DNA of 44,809 nucleotides from Utricularia gibba (lineage: Eukaryota > Plantae > Magnoliophyta), in NCBI GenBank assembly GCA_002189035.1, contig NEEC01000040.1:1-44809 (forward strand), read 5' to 3'. The notes under the pieces are model-generated. The model worked only from the letters and a program-made list of their open reading frames with translations, was not told where the DNA came from and ran no database searches. Position 1 is the first letter of the stretch. Each line of letters opens with the position of its first letter. Below, piece after piece: positions 25,901-38,200 of this stretch. The position numbers and the translations under genes are program-made.

Positions 25901-28900
25901 TAGAAAACCTGCCGATCGACAAATGACTATTCCGATCCTGAGAAACCCATTTGGGGCTCATGGCATCACGATTTTCGTCGAATAGGACCCGAAGGAGTCG
26001 AACCGAACCTTGGGTCCGGAGAACTTCCCACACCCACCAAAAACGACAAGCTTTTCCTTCAGAAACCATGTAGGCAGCTGCCGAAAACCCAACGTTAATA
26101 AATGGATCACTTTTTTGCCGGGCTACAAATGACTATGGGAGCCCGACCGACCTCCGATCCTGGTGCCCCTCGAGAGCGCCTCCTCAGCTTGCCATTTGTA
26201 ATGACATCCTTCTTCAATAAATGCATCACGATTTTCGTCGAATAGGACCCGATTGGGCTCAGGAGTCGAACCCTTGAACTTCTTTTCCTTCAGGGGCAGC
26301 TGCCGGTTACACTTCCGGGCTACAAATGACTATGGGCCCGAGCCTCCGGCCCGATCCTAAGAGCGCCTCCTCAAACCCAATGGCATTAATAGGACCCGAT
26401 TGGGCTCAGGAGTCGAACCGAACCCGGAGAACTTCCTTTGGTAGGCAGCTGCCGAAAACCCAACGTTAATAAATGGATCACTTTTTTTACCCTAAAATGA
26501 CTATGGGAGTCCCCGAACTCCGGAGGATCCTGAAACCCCCGAGCGACCGATCCTCAAAGCCCATTTGATGGGAAATAACTTCTTCGAAAAATTTTTCGTC
26601 AGAATCAACCCTCAAGTCGAGAACGGGTCCGATTGACGAACTTCCGGACATGGCAAGCAACCTTTTCAGAAACCATGTGGCAGCGTCGCCGAATTAAACT
26701 TAATAAATGGATCACTTTTTTTACCTATGGGCCCGATACCTCTTGATATGGGCCCCGAATCTCCCTTGGCTTCGAGAGCTAAAACCCATATGACATCCTA
26801 ACTTCAATAAATGCATCACGATTTTCGTCGAATAGGACCCGATTGGGCTCAGGAGTCGAACCGAACCTTGGGTCCGGACTTCTGGCCCCGATCGACAAAT
26901 GACTATATCCTCAGAAACCCAATGGCAGAAATAGGACCCGAACTAGAGTGTCAATGGATCACTTTTTTTACAAATGACTATGGGCCCGAGCCCGACCCGA
27001 AATCCTCAACCCATTTGGGGTGCTCATGACATCCTAACTTCAATGCATCACGAAATAGGACCCGAATTTTCCCGAATTTTCCTTCAGAAACCATGTGGGC
27101 TGCCGAGTCCGAAAATGATACGGCCCTACGAAAAACTTCTGAAACCATGTCACTACCCGAAAATCCTAGCGCCGATCCCGAGGGGCTACAAATGACTGTG
27201 GGAGAAAACCATTCATGCTCACGATTACCCGAAGGAAACCGAACACGTTTTCCTTCAGAAACCCTGTCAACCCTACATGGCCCGGGGCCTCGAGAAAAAC
27301 TATAAAGCGACCCAAAAGAAAACCATATGACATCCTAACTTCAATAAATGCATCACGATTTTCGTCGAATAGGACCCGATTGGGCTCAGGAGTCGAACCG
27401 AACCTTGGGTCCGGACGAACTTCCCAATCAAGCACTAACCTAAAAACCTATGGGCCCCCGAACGAACCCACGTTAATAAATCGACACCTTCAATGATCGG
27501 GCCCCCGAACGTCCGGCCTTAAATAAAGCAGTGGTAAAAACCATTTGATGGAAAAATAAATATCGTTTTCGTCGAATAAATTGGGAGGTAACACCCCGGG
27601 AACTAACTAGGTTGTCAATCGTGACCCCCCCGAAATCCGGCCCGGGAACCCTTTTCCTTCCTCCTGTAAAAAGCTATGGTAAAACCGACGACTAACTTCC
27701 CGAAATACGATTTTCGTCAAATCCTATTGGGCTCAGAGTCGAACCGATGGGGTCCGCCCGAACTTCCCCCGATCCACCCAATCAAGCTTTTCCTGAGAAA
27801 ATATTGTGGGCAGAAACCCGATTTCAGGAGTCGAACCCACGTGATCAATGGATCACTTTTTTTGCCGGGCTACAAATGACTATGGGCCCGATTCACGAAC
27901 CCCGAGGACCCCGATCGCTCCTCCTCGAATAAAACCTTGGGTGGGATGAAAAACCATTTGGGGTGCTCATGACATCCTAACTTCAATAAATGCATCACGA
28001 TTTTCGTCGAATAGGACCCGATTGGGCTCAGGAGTCGAACCGAACCTTGGGTCCGGACTTCTTTTCCTTCAGAAACCAATGTCACTTGCTGGAAAAGAAA
28101 CCCCGGAACTTTTTTAAAATGGTATGTCGCCCGACCGATCCGATCCTGAAAGATATGGGCCCCCGAACGTATGATTTGGGTGCTCGACCCTAAAAGCCCA
28201 TCTCATGGCATTTTTCGTCGAATAGGACCCGATTGGGCTCCGGGAGTGAACCAATTGGGTCCTATTTTTTCCTTCAGAAACCCAAATGGATCACTACAAA
28301 TGACTATTCCTCCAGAAACCCAATGGCAGGTCCCCGAACGAACCGAACCTCCTTCCTGGTCAAGCACTTTTTTTGCCGGGCTACAAATGACTATGGGCCC
28401 GAGCCCGACCCGACCTCCGGCCCGATCCTGGTGCCCCTCGAGAGCGCCTCCTCAAATATAAAGCCCATTTGGGGTGCTCATGACATCCTAACTTCAATAA
28501 ATGCATCACGATTTTCGTCGAATAGGACCCGATTGGGCTCAGGAGTCGAACCGAACCTTGGGTCCGGATGAACTTCCCATGATCAATTCAACCTATTTCA
28601 CGCCTCCTCAAATAAAAGCTTGTGGATCCACGACATCCTAGGACCCCCGATTGGGCTCAGGAGTCGAACCGAACCTTGGGTCCGGACGAACTTAATAGGC
28701 AATGGATCACTTTTTTTGCCACCCTCCGATCCTGACGCCGATTTGGATGGGGTCCTTGCTCCGAAACCCCTTCCTTTGATAGGCAGCTGCCGAAAACCCA
28801 ACGTTAATAAATGGATCACTTTTTTTGACTATTCAAGATGCTTGTGCCATTTGGGGTGCTCATGACATCCTAACTGGATTTTCGTCGAATAGGACCCGAT

Positions 28901-29200
28901 TGGGCTCAGGAGTCGAACCGAACCTTGGGTCCGGACGAACTTCCGAATGAAACCACAGCTGCCGAAAACCCAACGTTGGGCGTCGAATAGGACCCGAAGG
29001 AGTCGAAAAAAACTTCTTGTGAAAACCCAACGTTAATAAATGGATCACTTTTTTTACAAATGACTATGGGCCCGATCCGGCCCGATCCTGGTGCCCCTCC
29101 TCAAATAAAAGCCATCTCATGACATCCTAACTTCAATAAATGCATCACGATTTTCGTCGAATAGGACCCGATTGGGCTCAGGAGTCGAACCGAACCTTTT
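13961..29200 (+). repeat. Heavily truncated or scrambled satellite block (real degeneration or sequence artefact)
   Basis: Most units are shorter than 315 bp and built from collinear monomer fragments. Most scrambled at about 15060-17520 and 26500-28380, with partly intact islands at about 18900-20460 and 24100-24600. No foreign sequence recognised. Confidence 0.8.
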
Positions 29201-32200
29201 TTCCTTCAGGTAGGCAGCTGCCGAAAACCCAACGTTAATAAATGGATCACTTTTTTTGCCGGGCTACAAATGACTATGGGCCCGAGCCCGACCCGACCTC
29301 CGATCCTGAGAGCGCCTCCTCAAATAAAAGCTTGTGGATGAGAAAACCATTTGGGGTGCTCATGACATCCTAACTTCAATAAATGCATCACGATTTTCGT
29401 CGAATAGGACCCGATTGGGCTCAGGAGTCGAACCGAACCTTGGGTCCGGACGAACTTCCCAACGAAAGCACCCACCCAAAAACGACAAGCTTTTCCTTCA
29501 GAAACCATGTAGGCAGCTGCCGAAAACCCAACGTTAATAAATGGATCACTTTTTTTGCCGGGCTACAAATGACTATGGGCCCGAGCCCGACCCGACCTCC
29601 GGCCCGATCCTGGTGCCCCTCGAGAGCGCCTCCTCAAATAAAAAGCTTGTGGTGAGAAAACCATTTGGGGTGCTCATGACATCCTAACTTCAATAAATGC
29701 ATCACGATTTTCGTCGAATAGGACCCGATTGGGCTCAGGAGTCGAACCGAACCTTGGGTCCGGACTTCCCAACGAAAGCACCCACCCAAAAACGACAAGC
29801 TTTTCCTTCAGAAACCATGTAGGCAGCTGCCGAAAACCCAACGTTAATAAATGGATCACTTTTTTTGCCGGGCTACAAATGACTATGGGCCCGAGCCCGA
29901 CCCGACCTCCGGCCCGATCCTGGTGCCCCTCGAGAGCGCCTCCTCAAATATAAAGCTTGTGGATGAGAAAACCATTTGGGGTGCTCATGACATCCTAACT
30001 TCAATAAATGCATCACGATTTTCGTCGAATAGGACCCGATTGGGCTCAGGAGTCGAACCGAACCTTGGGTCCGGACGAACTTCCCAACGAAAGCACCCAC
30101 CAAAAACGACAAGCTTTTCCTTCAGAAACCATGTAGGCAGCTGCCGAAAACCCAACGTTAATAAATGGATCACTTTTTTTGCCGGGCTACAAATGACTAT
30201 GGGCCCGAGCCCGACCCGACCTCCGGCCCGATCCTGGTGCCCTCGAGAGCGCCTCCTCAAATGCTTGCCATTTGGGGTGCTCATGGCATCACGATTTTCG
30301 TCGAATAGGACCCGATTGGGCCCGAACCGAACCTTGGGTTTCCCACACCCACCAAAAACGACAAGCTTTTCCTTCAGAAACCAGCTGCCGAAAACCCAAC
30401 GTTAATAAATGGATCACTTTTTTTGCCGGGCTACAAATGACTATGGGCCCGAGCCCGACCCGACCTCCGGCCCGATCCTGGTGCCCCTCGAGAGCGCCTC
30501 CTCAAATATAAAGCTTGTGGATGAGAAAACCATTTGGGGTGCTCATGACATCCTAACTTCAATAAATGCATCACGATTTTCGTCGAATCTCACGATTACT
30601 AATGAATCACCCGATTGGGCTCAGGAGTCCGAACTTCAACCCGGCAGAACAAAAACGAAAAGTTGAAACCCAAGCACTTTTTTTGACCTATTATCAGAGC
30701 GCCTGCTCCATATGACATCCTAACTTCAATAAATGCATCACGATTTTCGTCGAATAGGACCCGATTGGGCTCAGGAGTCGAACCCCTTGGGTCCGGATAA
30801 CTGCCCCGGGAGCCCCACCCCTTGACGTGAAACCAGCTGCCGAGCACTTGTGGATAAAACCATATGGGCCCTACGAAATGACCTGTCCCTCCTACCCTCA
30901 GAGTCCTCAACCCGATGTGGGTCCGAACGAACTTCCGGGGTGCCAATCACTACACTATTAAGAAACCACGGCATCACGAAATAGGACCCGATTGGGCTCA
31001 GGAGTCGAACCCAAACTTCTTTTCCTTCAGAAACCAGCTGCCGATTAATAAATGGATCACTTTTTTTGCCGGGCTACAAATGACTATGGGCCCGAAACCC
31101 GATCCGCCCCGGGGCCTTTTCCTCTTCTGAAATGTCAGCTTGTGTTGAGAGCCCGACCCGAATCCATTCAGATGTCATGACATCCTAACTTCAATAAATG
31201 CATCACGATTTTCGTCGAATAGGACCCGATTGGGCTCAGGAGTCGAACCCTTGAACCTTGGGTGCCGGCGACACCCCGAACGAAAGAGCACCCAATGGGA
31301 GTCGAATAGGACCCGATTTTAGGAAATGTAGGCAGCTGCCGAAAACCCAACGTTAATAAATGGATCACTTTTTTTGCCGGGCTACAAATGACTATGGGCC
31401 CGAGCCCGACCCGACCTCCGGCCCGGGTGCCCCTCGAGAGCGCCTCCTCAAATATAAAGCTTGTGGATGAGAAAACCATTTGGGGTGCTCATGACATCCT
31501 AACTTCAATAAATGCATCACGATTTTCGTCGAATAGGACCCGATTGGGCTCAGGAGTCGAACCCCTTGGGTCCGGACGAACTTCCCACGAAAGCACCCAC
31601 CCCGACAAGCTTTTCCTTCAGAAACCATGTAGGCAGCTGCCGAAAACCCAACGTTAATAAATGGATCACTTTTTTTGCCGGGCTACAAATGACTATGGGC
31701 CCGAGCCGACCCGACCTCCGGCCCGATCCTGGTGCCCCTCGAGAGCGCCTCCTCAAATATAAAGCTTGTGGATGAGAAAACCATTTGGGGTGCTCATGAC
31801 ATCCTAACTTCAATAAATGCATCACGATTTTCGTCGAATAGGACCCGATTGGGCTCAGGAGTCGAACGAACCTTGGGTCCGGAAACTTCTTTTCCTTCAG
31901 AAACCAGCTGCCGAAAACCCAACGTTAATAAATGGATCACACAAATGACTATGGGTTCCAGAGCAAACTATGGCGAAATTTTTCCTTCATGTCGAACCTT
32001 CAACCCCCGAGGACCCGACCTCCGCCCTCGGCCCTCGACCCTCCTCAAACCCCTTGTGGATGAGAAATTTTGGGGTGTCAAGCCTAACCTAAATGATCAC
32101 GGGTCCGATTGGGCTCATGATCCCTGGGTCCCTTCAGAAACCCCTTGGGAAGAAACCTTAGGTGTCAGCTGCCGAAAACCCAACGTTAATAAATGGATCA

Positions 32201-35200
32201 CTACACTATGGGCAGCCCGACCCGACCTCCGGCCCGATCAATGACTATGGGAAATAGGACCCGATTGGGCTCAGGAGTCGAACCGAACCTTGGGTCCGGA
32301 CGAACTTCCCATTTTCCTTCAGGTAGGTGCTCACTACCTATTCCTCATCCTCAAATATAAAGCTTGTGGATGAGAAAACCATTTGGGGTGCTCATGACAT
32401 CCTAACTTCAATAAATGCATCACGATTTTCGTCGAATAGGACCCGATTGGGCTCAGGAGTCGAACCGAACCTTGGGTCCGGACGAACTTCCCAACGAAAG
32501 CACCCACCAAAAACGACAAGCTTTTCCTTCAGAAACCATGTAGGCAGCTGCCGAAAACCCAACGTTAATAAATGGATCACTTTTTTTGCCGGGCTACAAA
32601 TGACTATGGGCCCGAGCCCGACCCGACCTCCGGCCCGATCCTGGTGCCCCTCGAGAGCGCCTCCTCAACCCATATGGCAGAGTCCCGAAGGAGTCGAACC
32701 GAACCTTGGGTCCGGCTTCTTTTCCTTCAGAAACAATGGATCAGAGACTATGGGCCCGATAAAGCGCCTCCTCAAATATAAAGCTTGTGGATGAGAAAAC
32801 CATTTGGGGTGCTCATGACATCCTAACTTCAATAAATGCATCACGATTTTCGTCGAATAGGACCCGATTGGGCTCAGGAGTCGAACTTGACGGAAAGTTT
32901 TCGAGCAGCCTTGGGTACCTATTTCAGAGCGCCTCCTCAAATATCCCGGGAAACTTTTCGAACTTGACGAAATGTCAGCTGCCGAAAACCCAACGTTAAT
33001 AAATGGATCACTTTTTTTGCCGGGCTACCTATGGGTAAGAGCGCCTCCTCAAATGACATATGGCATCACGATTTTCGTCGAATAGGACCCGATTGGGCTC
33101 AGGAGTCGAACCGAACCTTGGGTCCGGACGAACTTCCCAATGAAAGCACGACAAGCTTTTCCTTCAGAAACCATGTAGGCAGCTGCCGAAAACCCAACGT
33201 TAATAAATGGATCACTTTTTTTGCCGGGCTACAAATGACTATGGGCTCCTCCTGGTAGAGCGCCTCCTCAAATATAAAGCTTGCCCGAGCATCACGATTT
33301 TCGTCGAATAGGACCCGATTGGGCTCAGGAGTCGAACCGAACCTTGGGTCCGGACGAACTTCCTTGAAGCAAGCAATGACTTTCCGGCCCGATCCTGGTG
33401 CCCCTCGAGAGCGCCTCCTCAAATGCCCAATGACATCCTAACTTCAATAAATGCATCACGATTTTCGTCGAATAGGACCCGATTGGGCTCAGGAGTCGAA
33501 CCGAACCTTGGGTCCGGACGAACTGTTAGAAACCCAGCTGCCGAAAACCCAACGTTAATAAATGGATCACTTTTTTTGCCGGGCTACAAATGACTATGGG
33601 CCCGAGCCCGACCCGACCTCCGGCCCGATCCTGGTGCCCCTCGAGAGCGCCTCCTCAAATATAAAGCTTGTGGATGAGAAAACCATTTGGGGTGCTCATG
33701 ACATCCTAACTTCAATAAATGCATCACGATTTTCGTCGAATAGGACCCGATTGGGCTCAGGAGTCGAACCGAACCTTGGGTCCGGACGAACTTCCCAATT
33801 AGATAGGCAGCTGCCGAAAACCCAACGTTAATAAATGGATCACTTTTTTTCCGGGCTACAAATGACTATGGGCCCGAGCCCGACCCGACCTCCGGCCCGA
33901 TCCTGGTGCCCCTCGAGAGCGCCTCCTCAAATATAAAGCTTGTGGATGAGAAAACCATTTGGGGTGCTCATGACATCCTAACTTCAATAAATGCATCACG
34001 ATTTTCGTCGAATAGGACCCGATTGGGCTCAGGAGTCGAACCGAACCTTGGGTCCGGACGAACTTCCCAATGAAAGCTTCAACCTATGAAAAAGAAGCTT
34101 GCCAATGGCAGAAACCCGATGGGCTCAGGAGTCGAACCGAACCTTGGGTCCGGAAACTTTGCAATGGATCACTTTTTTTGCCGGGCTACAAATGACTATG
34201 GGCCCGAGCCCGACCCGACCTCCGGCCCGATCCTGGTGCCCCTCGAGAGCGCCTCCTCAAATGATATGACATCCTAGGATTTTCCGAATAGGACCCGATT
34301 GGGCTCAGGAGTCGAACCGAACCTTGGGTCCGGACGAACTTCCCAACTGGCCCCTCACTTTTTTTGAGAGCTCCTCAGAACCCCTTGGGAAACCAAGGAG
34401 TCGAACCGAACCTTGGGTCCGGGTGTCAATTCACTAACCTAACGACATATGGGAAATAGGACCCGATTGGGCTCAGGAGTCGAACCGAACCTTGGGTCCG
34501 GACGAACTTCCCAATTAGGTAAATGGATCACTTTTTTTGCCGGGCTACAAATGACTATGGGCCCGAGCCCGACCCGACCTCCGGCCCGATCCTGGTGCCC
34601 CTCGAGAGCGCCTCCTCAAATATAAAGCTTGGGAAACCCGAAGGAGTCGAACAACCTTGCCGGGGTGATCAATGGATCACTTTTTTTGCCGGGCTACAAA
34701 TGACTATGGGCCCGAGCCCGACCCGACCTATCAGAGCGCCTGATTATGGCATCACGATTTTCGTCGAATAGGACCCGATTGGGCTCAGGAGTCGAACCGA
34801 ACCTTGGGTCCGGACGAACTTCCCAATGAAAGCGACAAAGAAACCACAGCTGCCGAGCGCCGGGCTACAAATGACTATTCCGAGAACCCAATGACATCCT
34901 AACTTCAATAAATGCATCACGATTTTCGTCGAATAGGACCCGATTGGGCTCAGGAGTCGAACCGAACCTTGGGTCCGGACGAACTTCCCAAATGGAGGCA
35001 GCTGCCGAAAACCCAACGTTAATAAATGGATCACTTTTTTTGCCGGGCTACAAACTGATATGGGCCCCGAGCACTTTTTTTGCCGGGCTACAAATGACTA
35101 TGGGCGACCTCCGGCCCGATCCTGGTGCCCCTCGAGAGCGCCTCCTCAAATATTCCAATGAGCATCACGATTTTCGTCGAATAGGACCCGATTGGGCTCA

Positions 35201-38200
35201 GGAGTCTTTCCGGGGTGATCATGTTAATAAATGGATCACTACACTTTAAATGCATCCCTCATGACATTAACTTCGCATCACGAAATAGGACCCGATTGGG
35301 CTCAGGAGTCGAACCGAACCTTGGGTCCGGACGAACTTCCCAACGAAAGCACCCACCCAAAAACGACAAGCTTTTCCTTCAGAAACCATGTAGCAGCTGC
35401 CGAAAACCCAACGTTAATAAATGGATCACTTTTTTTGCCGGGCTACAAATGACTATGGGCCCGAGCCCGACCCGACCTCCGGCCCGATCCTGGTGCCCCT
35501 CGAGAGCGCCTCCTCAAATATAAAGCTTGTGGATGAGAAAACCATTTGGGGTGCTCATGACATCCTAACTTCAATGCATCACGATTTTCGTCGAATAGGA
35601 CCCGATTGGGCTCAGAGTTTTCCGTTCGAATAACCCGATTGGGCTCAGGAGAAACCGAACCTTGGGTCCGGACGAAATTAGGTAGGCAGCTGCCGAAAAC
35701 CCAACGCACCCGGGCTACAAATGACTATGGGCCCGAGCCCGACCCGACCTCCGGCCCGATCCCGATCCTGCTTGTGCCCTCATGAGGAAATAGTTGGGCT
35801 CAGGAGTCGAACCGAACCTTGGGTCCGGATAATTGAAACCATGAGCACACAAATGACTATGGGCTTCATGACATATGGCATCACGATTTTCGTCGAATAG
35901 GACCCGATTGGGCTCTCGAACCGATTTTGTTGAATGTAGGCAGCTGCCGATTAATAAATGGATCACTTTTTTTGCCGGGCTACAAATGACTATGGGCCCG
36001 AGCCGACCGACCTCCGGCCCGATCAGAGCGCCTGCCCATTTGGGGTGCTCATGACATCCTAACTTCAATAAATGCATCACGATTTTCGTCGAATAGGACC
36101 CGATTGGGCTCAGGAGTCGAACGAACCTTGGGTCCGGAAACCCATTTTCCTTCAGGTAGGCAGCTGCCGAAAACCCAACGTTAATAAATGGATCACTTTT
36201 TTTGCCGGGCTACAAATGACTATGGGCCCGAGCCCGACCCGACCTCCGGCCCGATCCTGGTGCCCCTCGAGAGCGCCTCCTCAAATAAAAGCTTGCCATT
36301 CTCATGACGCATCACGATTTTCGTCGAATAGGACCCGATTGGGCTCAGGAGTCGAACCGAACCTTGGGTCCGGACGAACTTCCCAACGAAAGCACCCACC
36401 AAAAACGACAAGCTTAGAAAGTAGGCAGCTGCCGAAAACCCAACGTTAATAAATGGATCACTTTTTTTGGGCTACAAATGACTATGGGCCCGAGCCCGAC
36501 CCGACCTCCGGCCCGATCCAGAAACTTCCATTTGGGGTGCTCATGACATCCTAACTTCAATAAATGCATCACGATTTTCGTCGAATAGGACCCGATTGGG
36601 CTCAGGAGTCGAACCGAACCTTGGGTCCGGACGAACTTCCCAATGAAAGCACCCAACCAAAAACGACAAGCTTTTCCTTCAGAAACCATGCAGCTGCCTG
36701 AAGCATTTAATTACTTCTTTGGCAAAAACCCAACGTTAATAAATGGATCACTTTTTTTGCCGGGCTACCTATGGGCCCGAACTATCCGGTGCCCCCTCGA
36801 GATCTCCTCAAAAATATAAAGCTTGTGGATGAGAAAACCATTTGGGGGATGCATCACGATTTTCGTCGAATAGGACCCGATTGGGCTCAGGAGTCGAACC
36901 GAACCTTGGGTCCGGATGAACTTTTCGTCAAATAGGATCACCCACCTGGGCTCAAGTCGCCCCGAGGGTCCGGACGAACTTCCCCTTGTAAAGCACTTTT
37001 TTCAGAAACCATGAGGCAGGTCGCCGAACTTGAGGTGGCCTTCGTTTCCCTTCAAATGACTATGGGCCCTCCCGAGAAACCCATTTGGCCCTCATGAGCC
37101 TAAAAATAAATTGCCATCTCATGACGCATTTTTCGTCGAATAGGACCCGATTGGGCTCAGGAGTCGAACCGAACCTTGGGTCCGGACGAACTTCCCAATG
37201 AAAGCAAGCAACAACTTTTCAGAAACCCATGTAGGCAGCTGCCGAAAACCGAACAACGTTAAATGGATCACTTTTTTTGCCGGGCTACAAATGACTATGG
37301 GCCCGAGCCCGACCCGACCGTTAATCCTGGTCACCCTACAAATGACTATGACATCCTAACTTCAATAAATGCATCACGATTTTCGTCGAATAGGACCCGA
37401 TTGCTCAGGAGTCGAACCGAACCTTGGGTCCGGACGAACTCCGGCGATCCTGGTCCCCTCAAGATTTTCAAACATCCCGGCAGGGCTAGTCGAACCGAAC
37501 CTTGGGTCCGGACGAACTTCCCAACGAAAGCACCCACCAAAAACGACAAGCTTTTCCTTCAGATGTAGGCAGCTGCCGATGGATCACTTTTTTTGCCGGG
37601 CTACAGAGCGCCTCCTCAAATGACTATGGGCCCCCCTCCCATTTGATCCGGCAATCATCAGATTTTCAATGCTTGTGGATGAGAAAACCATTTGGGGTGC
37701 TCATTCCTAACTTGGGTGCATCACGATTTTCGTCGAATACCCAACGGGCTCAGGAGTCGAACCGAACCTTGGGTCCGGACGAAACCATTTTCCTTCAGAA
37801 ACATGTAGGCAGCACTGGGCTACAAATGACTAAACCCGAATCCTGGTGCCCCTCGAGAGCGCCTCCTCAAATATAAAGCTTGATGAGAAAACCATTTGGG
37901 GTGCTCATGACATCCTAACTTCAATAAATGCATCACGATTTTCGTCGAATAGGACTAGGAGTCGAAAACCTTGGGTCCGGACTTCCCATGAAAGCACCGA
38001 CAAGCCCTTCAGAAACCCAGCTGCCGAAAACCCAACGTTAATAAATGGATCACTTTTTTTGCCGGGCTACAAATGACTATGGGCCCGAGCCCGACCCGAC
38101 CTCCGGCCCGATCCTGGTGCCCCTCGAGAGCGCCTCCTCAAATATAAAGCTGTGGATGAGAAAACCATTTGGGGTGCTCATGACATCCTAACTTCAATAA

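Noticed and set aside
15500-28400. Transposon or foreign DNA insertions in the most scrambled patches (about 15500-15870, 16520-16620, 27430-27850)
   Set aside because: They resolve into short monomer-derived words in roughly collinear order. No LTR, TIR, TSD, poly(A) tail or coding remnant was seen.
13961-29200. CRISPR-like look: a conserved block separated by variable sequence
   Set aside because: The conserved block is about 87 bp, the 'spacers' are fragments of the same monomer with irregular length, and there are no cas genes or leader.
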